From assembly GCA_022813965.1 (NCBI GenBank), contig JALDZS010000001.1:186001-250000 (forward strand): a DNA stretch of 64,000 nucleotides, given 5' to 3'. The notes beneath the pieces are model-generated. The model had not been told where the DNA came from. It saw only the letters and a program-made list of their open reading frames with translations, and made no database searches. Each line of letters starts with the position of its first letter. Position 1 is the first letter of the stretch. A program made the translations under genes and the position numbers. Of the stretch, positions 23,137 through 35,900 are shown piece after piece. The DNA is from Toensbergia leucococca. Taxonomy: Eukaryota.

Positions 23137-25188
23137 TCAGTGTCGTGTCATCTGGCATATTCGTATGCGGGCATCCCTCAAACGCTCTTCGTTGATCTTG
23201 TCCTTTGCCTCTTTGTCACTGCGATTAGGGATAGTAATCGAGGTGGAGTTCTGAAAGAACGATAAATCTTCCAGTGGCACGAGAGGCAAGGCCATGCGGA
23301 ATTGAGTAGGAGAGCCATCCAGAAGTGCTTGGACAGACAGTTCAGCCACTCATCAATACAATCAGATAACTGGTCGGAGCCACCTACCTGTCATGACACG
23401 CCCATATTTCCCATCCTCTTCAATCCGCTTTGGGAGTGTCGTAGGATAAGAAGCCTTGTCTTGCAAATAATCTCTCAGAGCCGTGTTCTTTTCACTCTCT
23501 TCGTCACCGTATGCATCATAGAACTCAATTTCAGGGCTTGCCACCATCGTCACAAAAGTACTCTGGGTCTGTTTTTCGATTGCATTGTGGGGTGCCGTCG
23601 GGATAGGATTTTCCTGGGTCTGTTTTTCAATTACATTGCTTGATGTCATTGGGACAGGAGTGCTTTGTATCTGATTTTCGATTACATTGCTTGATGCCAT
23701 CGGGACAGGAGTACTTTGGGTCTGATTTTCGATTGCATTGCTTGGTGCCGTCGGGATAGGAATTTCCTGGGTCTGTGTTTCAATTACATTGCCTGATGTC
23801 ATTGGGACAGGAGTAATGTGTGTCTCATTTTCAATTGCATTGCTTGGTGCCATCGGGACGGGGGTACTCTGGGTCTGGTTTTCGATTGCCTTGCTTGGTG
23901 TGATCGGAGAAGAAGACCTCTTGGTCTGGAATTTCTGGCCCTTTCTTCTTGGAGGAGCTTTTTGGATCCCGGAGTTCTTGACTGGCGTCTTGCGGACTGC
24001 GGGCTTCCGGCCTTGCTTTCTCTCGGATGGAGGCTTGGAAGCGTATGCAGGCATAGATGGATGAACTACTTGAGAATGCCGAGCAGGTTGCGGTGTTTTT
24101 GGTTGCACACCACCCGGGTGTGCAGAAATATTTGGGCCATGTGCCTGAGAATGCTGAGTGAGTTGTTCATGTCCTTGGTGTGACTGAGAAAGAAATATAG
24201 AATGATGATCAGCAGGGAGTTGATAAGACCGAGCCCGGCTTTCAATTTGCATCCCCTGCTGTATCCCTGTTTGCGGCTCTGAAAGGAACGGCGCAGGCGC
24301 GGTGCTGTGAAGAGGCCCTCCAAAGAGATCCGTGTCCCATGGTGGACTGTGGTTGTCTGTCCTTCCGTCGAAGGAGTTCGAGGGCCAGTACTGTTGCAGT
24401 GCTTGTTGAGCATCATCATATGGTGGAGTTTGCTGCAATGTTACTTGACCGTTATGAGCTGTCAGGCCTTGCGGATGAATGAGCGATGCAGATTCGCCAA
24501 GCCTATAGGCAGCAGAGTGGGATGAAGGTGCCAGAGATGTATAGGCTGGGTAAGTCGCATTTGGAGGTTGCCAATTCCAACTATGCGGGTCGTGAGGATG
24601 AAATGACTGATTCTGGATATTATAGACATGGTTGGGATCCTGCCAATGATGTTGCCAGGCGCTGTTCGAGGGCATCTCGATCTGAATGCCTGCATGGTTC
24701 CTGGCTTGATGAAATGGCTGTTGGTGAGCTGAGTAAGAATTACTGCTAAGATAAGATGATGTCGGAGGCGAGTCCAAAGAATCCGGCTCTTTGGCCTCCA
24801 CTGAAGAGGCTGACCCGTCAGTTGCGTTAGTAAATCCGCGGTTCATCCTTTCAGCTTGCTGTAACCTTTGAAAAGTAGCGAGGGGAAAGTAGACGTCTGG
24901 CTGATGTCTTTTTGAATCGTTATTGGAAAGAATATTGCGATAAGATAAAGCAGGGCCAAAATCATCCATGAGAGGATGGAGCTGAGGACGGCTTGTAAGA
25001 ACAGGCTGATGTTGCTGGGAAGCAGTCGTGAAATGATGGGCTAGGTTAGTCGATGGTTCTTGCTGCTGCTGCTGCTGTTGAACTTCGTAATGGCTAACGG
25101 ATTCCTCATATTGTTTACACCTCTCAAGTTGCAATGCCAGCTCGGCATAGTCCTCGTCGGTGAGGGTTGAAGGAGTGTTTGGTGACAT
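23137..25188 (-). CDS. Orphan Q/S/P-rich protein with basic NLS-like patch and 17-aa tandem repeats
   Basis: 608-aa ORF from ATG 25188. A probable intron (GTAGGT ~23388 to ...CCAAG ~23329) leads into ALLDGSPTQFRMALP...RH* at 23137. No family recognised. Confidence 0.65.
23542..23898 (-). repeat. Coding tandem repeat, 7 x 51 bp (17 aa)
   Basis: Units PSKAIENQTQSTPVPMA / PSNAIENETHITPVPMT / SGNVIETQTQEIPIPTA / PSNAIENQTQSTPVPMA / SSNVIENQIQSTPVPMT / SSNVIEKQTQENPIPTA / PHNAIEKQTQSTFVTMV. Confidence 0.95.
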
Positions 25189-25331
25189 GTTCAGTGATAA
25201 TACTTTTGATACTAATGACCTATGAGATTCACTGGGCTCAGCCGAGTCTCAAGTTATGAATATAAATCCATGGGAAGTGAAAGAGTGAAGCGGCAGTGAT
25301 TGGTTGCATGAATGAGAGGTGATGATGATGG

Positions 25332-25464
<133 letters not shown>

Positions 25465-26197
25465 ATGCTATGCGGTTTCATGAGTACCCTACTTTGGTAT
25501 CAATAAGGTAAAATGCACTGCACCCGGCCCCTCCCTCATAATCTCCTAACCCTTTCTAGCATGTTTAGCATTTCTCCATTTCCTAAGGCTAGGCACAATG
25601 TATAATGTACAGGCTCCGACTTCTTGTATGGGGGTATCCGGCTCATCATTGCCTCACGCTTTACAAGATGCACCTTCACGTCTTCGACACATGTTTTCAT
25701 CAGAGACCAGCTTTCTTTCAAGACCGTTTTCACATGTCCCCCAATTAGGCAGCCATGAGGCATGAGATCCTCCACCCTTTGCATATTGAATCCAACGCCC
25801 ATCGCCCTGCAACCTACATACAAATAATAAGTGACATTCTTTGGCTCATGAAATCCCTTTCATTGACTCATTCACGAATGCACAAGATCGCCTTGTCGCA
25901 TACACTATGGACAGCCTCCTGAAATAATCAACTTTTCAATATGAAAACAAGAGAGGGAAAGTTCTGCTCTGCATCAGTCATCGAGCTTTGAAACAATAGG
26001 ATGAGCAGTCTAGGGTGACAAAGGTAGCTAAGGTAAAGGCAGTGGAATTAGAGAAGGTTGAGGTAAATGAAGTGAATGAGGGAGAAGGGTGAAGAAGTGA
26101 GAGGACGGAGGAGATGAACTATTGTGAAAGTGCTGCTTTGTTGGGCTGTTTATTTCCAAGTGGAAAGACGAGTTTACAGAGTTTATTACAGGAATCT

Positions 26198-26737
26198 CGG
26201 GTTCTTCAGGGACACACATACTTTCTGAATACGGCACCAAATTCTATCACTAATACTGATGTATTTTCATGGCTACCGGTCAATATCATTGAGTTGCTTG
26301 AGAGAAATGATGGCTCCAGAACATGATTAATACCCTTACCCAGTCGCATGATCACTGAGAGAAACAGCATGATTTTGCACCACATTTTGACTTATTCCCT
26401 ACCTTCATTGCATACCATCTACCTTACACTCTTCGTGCAACGGAGAAGAAGTATTGTCTAGGTAAATATTATGAGTTCATTCTCCCACTCCTCACCCCCG
26501 AATGCAATCAAAAGGAAAATTCAAGATTTCACAAGGCCTAAAACAGTTCCACCATCCACAGGTGAATAGGTAGATTGATGGATGATGAGATAGGTATGTA
26601 GAGAATGGGATATGACGGTATTGCACCCGGGCAGGGTGCAAGTATTAGAAGGGGAGATACCGGTGCTCGTGAAAGATCTCAGTATGAGTGATAAATCTCG
26701 GTAATATATTCAGAAGATATGTGTGTCCCAAGCGAAT
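26198..26737. repeat. Diverged dispersed repeat, copy 2 (inverted relative to 11581-12115)
   Basis: See copy 1. Mismatches in the best-aligned blocks are mostly C/T and G/A transitions, plus indels. Confidence 0.88.
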
Positions 26738-26976
26738 CCGTAAGAATCTAGGTGTAAATGTCCAGTGGATCGTTAAAATTAAAATACCTCCTTGCCTCTC
26801 TTAGACATTCTAAGTTGAGAAACATAGTCCTCGCTTAGGAGCTCACTCATACCTCGTGCTTGCCTTGTTCGGATGCAGTGTATGTGTATCGAGATGGCAT
26901 GTACGACTATGATGAGGTTGTCTGAATCCTACTGCTGTACATCCTATGAGCCCGTCAATCGATACGAGCCCCCCCC

Positions 26977-29900
26977 TCAGCCAGAGTCCACCACTTCTGC
27001 AAACCATTGTCTTAACGCCGTGGCCAGCACACCAGGCAGTTCTCTCACATCTCCGACGACAAGGTAATAACCGAACGGAAACCCGTCTAAATACCGCCTA
27101 ATCTTCAGATTAGTCTCCCCGTTCTCGTTAGGCTCAAAGACGGCCTGATTCATGTCCATAATCGATTCTCCCTTCAGCGAATCCACTATCACAAACACAA
27201 TCATGATACGCTCCTCCTGCGCTTGCCTGACTAGCCGCTTGATCGTCTCATGATCCTCACACACTCCATCACTGATGATGAGCTCCAGCTGCCAGAGATC
27301 CATACCAGCACCAACCGCTTTGCGTCTGGCTTCACGGAAGAGATTGATAGACTCGACAACGAGCTTTCTCACATCGGTTTTCTGCTGCTGGAACCCGAAC
27401 TGCTGAAATATCCGTACGCCTGCCTCGGATGAGAATGGCTTATCGAAGTGGTGGGCCATACGGACTTCATCTCCGAAGCCAACGACGCAGATCTCGCCGA
27501 CTTCAAGCATGCTCAGACTCTTACTTACAAGCGCCAGCGTTTCAAATGCCAATTGCCCGCTGCCGCTCTCCCCCATCGATTTGCTATCGTCGACGGCAAG
27601 CATTATTTGATATTTTCGTTTCGAGGGGATAGATCGACGCATCCAGATTTTGTCGCGTTTGTATTGGGATGCAATATATGGGATGATACGTTTGATGTTA
27701 AGTCGCTTTCCAGTGCGGAAGTCTCCTCGCATTTTAGTGGCGAGGGTTGGAGCCAGAATTAAACGGAGCTGCTCTGTCAAGGAAAGAGAGAGATCTCGAG
27801 TGACATTTTCGTAGTGGGACCAGAGAAGGCGTGCATCCTCTGCTGAACGTACGGCGTTATCATCGGCGGGCTGAAGCCGGATTGTGGAAAGGTCGCTATC
27901 CAAGTCATCAATATCTTTCTTGTCTTGGGCGCCTTCTGCAATGGTCTGACTCAAATGTGTTTCTTGGGCTTTGCTGTCGCTAATCACTGTACCAGATTTC
28001 ATCTGTGCTTGCTGTTCCTCCAAGTTTCTCGGCTGACCATCGATATCCTCCATTACTTCGTCTTCATCCGCAGCTCGGTCTGGGACTGTCATGTCCGGTA
28101 GAAAGTCTTCTATGTGATCATGCATTTGTGAGTCTAGGGCTTGCTCATCCAATCCATGTGCCTGATCTTCAGTAGCTGCACCTAGCGCTTGAGTGTCGGC
28201 TTCGGTGTTCTCGTCTCTCAAGTGCTCGAAATCTTGACCTGCCATGTCAACTTCAGAGCCCTCATATTCACGTTTCTCTTTCCTATCCGAGGCGTCCTGT
28301 ATCTGTTCTTGATGTCGATGCCAGGTCTCTAGAGCGTCTCCAAGTTTCTTGAATGCTGTGTCTTCGAGGATTGGCGGAGGTGAGCCATTCCCGCCGCGGA
28401 TAGCATCTGTCATATCTGATGGCTGACCTAATTGGCCTTCCTCAGCTACAGCCTTTGTTTCGTCGTTTTTGGATGAATTGCCTTCAGTGCCGCCACTCGC
28501 TCGAGCATCTTCTTGTGTTTGGCCGTCATCAAGCTGTTCGTTGGGGTCTTTACCAAGACCTTGCATTTCGCTTGGAGCAATATTATTCGTATCGACAGTA
28601 GCGTCGTCGTCGCGATTTTGCAGTTGCCCTGGGTCGTTGTTCTGACTTTCGTCATCGGGTTCGGTATCTACCGGGGATTCGGCGCCCTTAGAATTTTCCA
28701 CATCGTCCTCATAGTTATCTTCATCTCCTCGAGGTGATCTGACCTCAGATCCCTCCATCGGGTTGTCCTCTGCTGATTCCCCATCTTGACTGTCATCACC
28801 AGCTGCATCTGCTTGCTCCTCACCAGCTCTTTCCTGATCAATATCTGATAACCCATCCATACCGTCACTGCTAGATTCAGAGTCTGCCACTGAATTCTTT
28901 TCACCATCCAGCTCCATTTCTTCTGGTAGTTCGAGATTTTGCCCTTCTTCAAGGTGCGGGTCAATGTTTTCACCGTCCTTATATGTCACTTCATCGTTCT
29001 CATCTTCACCGTCTTCTCTTAACTCATCTCCAATTTCGTCTTCGGGGATCTTCTTGTCTTTCTGGCCTTCTTTGGCAGCAGTTTGCTCATCCTTCTGCTT
29101 TTTGCCTTTGGATTGGTCTCCCTCCAATTCTTTTTCTGCATTGTCTTCATCGCCATTCCATAGCTTCTCGTCTATAGCTGAGGGATCCAGGTCATCGACT
29201 TCGCCGGTCTCTTCTTCTACATTATCGTTTTCTCCTTCACTTTGACTCCCATCTTCTTCGTCCTCCCCCTTTTCTGAACTATCTGCCATCTCTCCCTCCA
29301 TGTCGGTCTTCCCCATATCAACAGCATTTTCCTGATCTTGTATCTCCTCTTTGTCCATATGCTGATTGGCTTCTTGTGCAAGCTCGTCCAAGTCCTCGTC
29401 ATCTTGTATATCCTTGCTGATATCTTCATTTCCTTCTCCTTCTCCAAGCCCAGTCCCTGTTTCAAGTTTCTCTGTCTTGCCCTCGTTGGTAGCTTGCTTC
29501 TCCTCAGGACTACAGAAACCCCGCGACCCAAGTTGGAAGAGCGATTGCGCAAGGACAGATGCTAGCTTACAAGATGACCTGTGTAGCTTGGTGTAACGTT
29601 CGAGAGCTTTGCGAAGGATTTCACGATACTCCTGAATAATTGGCAGAGCCATAGCAAAGATTGCTCCTGCAACCTTGAGATCAAGACTGCTTGATGTATC
29701 TGTACGGTGGGTCTGAGTCATTGCTTGATCAAGCAGTCTATTGATACCCCGAGCATGCAAAGCCCTCATGCATTCACCCAGTGAGTAATTCAATTGCATT
29801 AGCCAAGTTGTATCTTCGTCTGAAGATGGCATCGAACGGACCTTCTCGTGCATGTTTTGGATTGCCACTAAGATCGTGTCCAACACTTTGGACATTTGTT

Positions 29901-32900
29901 CATCTAGCTGTTTCAATTTGATAATTTGCTCTCCGTTTGTACAAATATCGGCTGGTGACGTCGATGACTCGGTCCAAAGCTCGATTTGCCTGAGAACAAA
30001 GCCTAGAATAGCGTGCTCTTCAGCCCAACTTTGAAGGGCGGTCCTGAGCCCAGCTAGCTCAGACTCTGCTTTGTGGTAGGTTTGCTCGTGCAAGGAGGTG
30101 GACAGGCCCAGTGGCATGGCTGGCAAAGTATTGAGAACCTCAACCATCGCTATCATTCTATCTTTCCAGAACACAAGACCCCCAATCACCACAGAAGAGT
30201 CAGTGCCACCAAGTTTATTGTGTTTACTGATAATGATACAGCCAACATCGATAATGCTTGGAAGCCATCTCACCGTGCGTTCAACTTCTTTGTCAGCAGA
30301 TTGCTGCCGTTTGTCGTACTTTTGAAGGCGATATAGATCTGGAGCCCAAAGACTTTGCAATTTCTGGATCGTGTGATTCATGGCATCAAGTTCGACTTGA
30401 CAGTTTATCGACACAGCTCTTTGCCTCAGGATAAAAGTAAGAATGCTCTCCAAGTATCCAATACTTCGAGTCATTGCGCCATGAGTAATTTCCTCGGAAT
30501 GACCGCGGCCCAATTCTCTGACTCTAGGCATGACATCTAGGATCTTATGAAGATAAAACTCTGCAACGGAAGAATCACTGTCAGAGGTAGCGGTTCTTAG
30601 AGCTGGTGTTTGGGTGAGGATCTTCGATAACGATGATTGTTTAGCCAAAGCATCTGCGCCAAGGTTGGATCGGAAGCCCATTTTTCGCAATTCTTTCAGC
30701 GTGTCTGCAAAAGCCTTGCGCTTTCGAGACTTGAGGTGCTTTACAAGGTCTTTGTTTCCTTCTGTAAGTGTTGAAGGTGTTTCACTCTGCAAAACTTTGA
30801 TGCTGTCAATTAGACTAGTAGCAAACGACTCGAGGTATAGGGAACCATCTATAGCAGAAGGAGATAGTTGAATTAACAGTTTCATATCCGTACCCGTCGA
30901 TCCTGGGTTGCTGAATCGTGCTGGCTTTGTGGCCCAACTCTGCAAGTGGTCTTGACATAGTCGGAGGGCACGCTGATCAACTTGCCGCTCTTTATGGTCT
31001 TCCTGCTTAAGTGATGGTAGAAGAAAGGGGTCTGTGACTTGTGAAAGCCCTTGCATGATTATAGGACCTGCTGGCTGTGCTAGGAGAGCTCGATACTTCC
31101 GAACCAACTTGAACAGTTTATGGTGCGATCTTTTCGCGCTGTCACGTAAGGCATTGATGTTAGTGTCCTTCCAGCTAGCGAGTAACAGAATCTCCTTCAT
31201 ATCCTGAGCGAGAGCTTGCCGGCCTTTGTACAATGGTTCTTTAACAATTTTCTCAAATCGAGTGTAGAAGCCCAGAAAATTGACGAGACTTGTATACACT
31301 AGTCGGAAAGAGGGCATGTCCTTTTCCAGGAATTGGAGATGATTCCTAAAACACTCGATCAAACGTATGCGCTGTGAATATTGACCTATCGACGTATTCG
31401 TTAGGAATTCCCCTAATGTGGTGAACAGCTGCTCTGCATGGCTTTGGACGTCTCCACCTCCGTTTATTAAGGAGATCGGGGCTGCAATAATGACCTCGTA
31501 GGCGACAAACCACCAGGACTGGACATCATCGCTGCACTTTTGGTCTTCCACATCCAGCAGCCGCGACCAGGTAGAAAGCTCAAGCCGCCGCCAGCTGATC
31601 AGTAACTCTGTGAGCTCATTGTACAGATTTATTGCAGAATACTCCCTACTCGCCACGACTTGCCATTCATGCACGTAGCCATGCAATTGCTCTGCTTTAG
31701 TCAGGATTTTGGCTAATGGCTCGGTATGCCGAAAATCCAACATTTCATCAAGAGTTCGGATAACATCCCCTAGGGTTGCATGTTCTGGCCAAGCGTCCCT
31801 GAGCTCCGTGAACCTTTTACCAATCCTGAGCCCAAGGGCAACAAGCTTTTGGGCTTCCGTCAGATTTGAATCTTGATAGAAGTTGTACTTCAGGTCCGGC
31901 CGCGACGGATTGAGCAAGTTATCAGAGGTTTGGTCTAGGGCAAGCATGAGTCCCGAGAGCATCCTTTCCGGAGGCACTGGGCACCTGAACAGAATGGACG
32001 TCTTTTTCCAAACGGCTGCAAGCTCACTTGAAGCATCTTGTAGCGTATCAAGGAGACGTTGAGACGGGGCGACATCATTCGTGAAAATTGCTCGCTGACA
32101 TCTTGCAAGGCTCCAAGCCAAAGTTTTTGGATCTGCCTTGGAGGCGGTACTTACTGGCTCAGATGGGGCATCGTAGTCAGGGAAGATTTCGAGAAATTCG
32201 AGCGCATCGGAGTCGTTACTGTCTTCTTCACCACCTTGATAGCGGTACAGCGATGTTTTTGTCGCGTTCTGTTGCTGATCTTCCTGAAGCTGCTCCTTCC
32301 ATTCTTCGTAGAAACTATGAAAAGCCTCAAGCATCGTGCGTATGACCACAATTTCAATATCGGGATCGACACTCTTGATTAAAGCCATGGCTCTTAGATA
32401 CGGGAATCGAGGATCCAGATTCTGTGTTCGATGAACTTTGAGATCGTCGATGCTTGTTCTGTGAAGGTACTCTTTTCGCATGCCTAGAAAAGGAGTCGAA
32501 TTGCAGATAGATCTGACAGAATGACCAGCGGAAGTTGCAGGTGCGCCTGCGAGTAATGCAACAGCTAAGCCAACATCGAGACCTTGGAGCATCCCGATTA
32601 CGGGCTTAGTGATATCATCATAAGTACGGAAGCCATCCTGAAGGCGAGACACAGCTTGAGCAATGTTTGATCTTAACAGTTCAGCTTCCTGTGTTGAAGC
32701 CGGATCACCCCGGGTTAGATATCTTAGTATCGACAAGTCAGGGGACACGCGAACAATGGACTTCAATATGCTAGAGAATTCTCCCTGCAATTTTCCGAGC
32801 TCTGAAATTGGTGGTCGGGCTATGGCAGCAACGTGAGGTCCGTCTCCTAGAGCTTGCAGGTCCTGTTCCACTAGGTGACGTCGAACGCTTCTAGTCTGGC

Positions 32901-35900
32901 CGGTGAACACAGATTCAAAACCTCTAAGAGCTTCGACTCTTGTCTCCAGCTCCATTTTACGCTTATTGTGACGGTCTCGTTCTACTACTAGCTTCAAGGC
33001 TGGATCAAATGCTCGATCTGGAACGTAAAGTAACAGACAGCCAGTAAAGAACAATACCCAGGCAAAAGCAGTCCTAGAGATGTCTTCATCGCTTCCGTAC
33101 TCAAGCTTGCCTAGCTGGAGTAACGAAGGGTTGAAGAAATTTTCAATGATATAGCCAAGGGAAGCTGACTTGGGCAGACCCGGCTTGGCTTTCACGGACA
33201 ACGCGTTTGAACGGACTGGGTCTAGGGGCACCTTCTGCCAGAGCCGAGTCAGACAGTAGCTACATTCGGTGAACGACTCTGTGTCCAGGTACGACTGATG
33301 TGCCTTGAATACCTTGAATTTGTTAAAGTCAGCTCATGTTCTCCAATAAGGATGGTTCCAACTCATTCACTCTTAATTGTAGCCTACTCAAGATAACGCT
33401 CATCATCTGGGAAGAGTCGCTAGCCATAGAGGCACAAAGACGCGCTGTGCTTTCTGACATGGTAGTAATCTCGGTACGCAGCAATCCAAGGGATCTAAGG
33501 GGTACATCGGCAATGTTTGCTCTATGCAGTGTCAGTGGTGATCATAGAATAGTAAAAACAAGTACAGAACTCCTGATACTCACATCTTGTGTAACATTGA
33601 TACAGGTAGGACATTCTGGACAATCGCTAAGGCGTTATTCACATTTTTAATGCCAGTAAACTTTGGTATCTCCCAAAGCAGCCCGTAATCATTCGTTGGG
33701 ATCTCAAGCATCATCATATCCTTGGTACATCGACCAGCAAGTAAGCTGATAGAGGATTGCATTTCAATCGAATTCTCGAAGCTAGCGCATGCGTGATATT
33801 GGCATATTTGCTCAAATTGGTCTTGAAAGTATGGTGCCACAGTGGATGAAGTTGCACCCAATTTGCTTTCAAACTCTACAAGGGCGCTTGTTATATCCTA
33901 GATTCGTCAGTATGTGTGTACCAGATTACTACGAGTTCACTTACGTCGAACCCGTAGTTGGAGAACGTATGCTCCTGGCCCACACAAGAATCCATACGAA
34001 TGATTGAATAGCGCAGATCGTTGAGCTTGAAAACCGCGGCCCCTGATCTCCAAGCCAAGGCATCGAAACGAGCTGCAAGGTCTTCAACTTGTAGATGAAA
34101 TTGCAATTGCGATAAATTCTTCGCCGTGGGCGGTCTTAGAATTGTCCAGAGAATTTCCATGCTCAGGCCTGTTGTTAACTGCCAAGATTCATTGAAGACG
34201 TTCAGTTCATGAGCAAGTACAATATCAAGTTTTTGATGTTCTTCAATTTTTGAGGCGTTAATAGATTTCCCCAGAGTCAAATATACTTGGAAAAGACCTT
34301 CATCGAATCCCGGTGATTGTCCGAGGTCAAATATATCATTAAGATAGGACAGTGTAGTTTCGGCAGAAATGGCGATAAGCTAAAGGAGTTGTCAGAAATG
34401 GAGTTTTCCTTCGTACAGAGAGTACTATACACGTCTGTTCTTAGATTGTTTGAAGACCTGATGGTCAACCTCGTCTCGTAAGAAACGCCCCATAATCTCC
34501 AGAAATGCCCCAAGAGGCTGCGTAGAATCTTTCATGAAGGACCTGACCCGGTTTGAAGCCAGCGACCTTTCAAGACGCGTCATTTGAGAGGGTTTTTTGG
34601 AATCAATTCTTTCGTGTGCGATGAGCAGCTTTTTTTCGAATAATGAAATCCGCGCGGCAACTTCAAGGAAATTTCCAAGTGAATAAGGGTCGGCCAACGG
34701 GTCAACTTGTGCAATGAGAGGGAGTATATTGGAGTTATTAAGCGGATGAATGGTCTATGTAATCACAGAATCTATCAGTATAATTTCCATAATTCTTCCA
34801 AGTCTTGGAGCACTGACCTGCACTCTGCAAAAGTCGGTAATTGGAGACATGATCTCAGAGAGATTTCCATACATGTGCGAGATGCTTTTTACTACTGGAG
34901 CGGGGGAACACGATATTTGAACATATGTCTCGCAAATTGAAGACAACAATCCTTGCTTGGGCAGTGGTATGTATACCAAGCCTTTTCTGACCTCTTCATA
35001 CCATTGACGGATTACTGAATAGTCTGGTACGGCAAGATGATCAAAGCAAATCTTTGCCAGCTCACAGAATTGAAGATCACTTCGTGTACTCCAATCGATG
35101 TCTCCAAAGATTCTAAATCTAGAGGTGAAAGATTCACTTGAATACAACGGTCCTGTCAACGAGGTTGCAGGCGATATAAAAAGCTCAACAGATCTGTTCC
35201 TCATAGCTCGGGAGAGTTCCCCATGACGAGGATCCATCGTCAAGAAGATCCTGAAATTTGGATGAGGTTTAATGATACGAGAGGATCCGTCTGATGAGCG
35301 ATGTTCATTGATGCTCAGGAACCCGTTGGGCTCTAGGAGAGAATTCAACCTATCGAGCACTGACGAGTTACAAAGATTAGCATTTTCGAGGACCAGCCAT
35401 TGACCGTGCTGTAAAGCCTTGACAAGAATGCCATCAACCCATTCGAATCGAGCACCCCCTATGTGTGTACGGCGGCCAATTATCTGTTCGCATTCACTTC
35501 GAAAACCAGAAGATCCCAATAACAAAGATTTCTCGGCGGTCCTGCAGATTTGTTCATGAATAGTCCCAATTTCTGAGTCTGTCACTCGGAGAAGTTCGTC
35601 AAGGATGATAAAGTCCTCTGGTAGTGAAGTTGAGGAACGCAAACATCGGATCATATTCGTTCGTACATAATCACGAAATCGGTATCGGAAGCTAGCGACC
35701 TGTCTTTGGACGTCGATTTGTTCATAACCACCAATGAGATCCATAGTGTCCATGTCAGCATTCAGTGGCATTTGGACTATATCAGCTCCTACTGAATATG
35801 CTAATTGAAGTATTATTGTAGTTTTCCCGGAGCCTTCGGAGCCAACGAGTAAACACGGCCAATTTTTCTGGACGCATAGTATAATTGATTCGGCAATCGG

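Noticed and set aside
23542..23898. CRISPR-like repeat array
   Set aside because: Eukaryotic DNA; the units are contiguous in-frame coding repeats without unique spacers.
33336..34940. Fragmented ORFs suggesting midasin is split or pseudogenised
   Set aside because: The pieces join in frame through ordinary short GT-AG introns with branch motifs.
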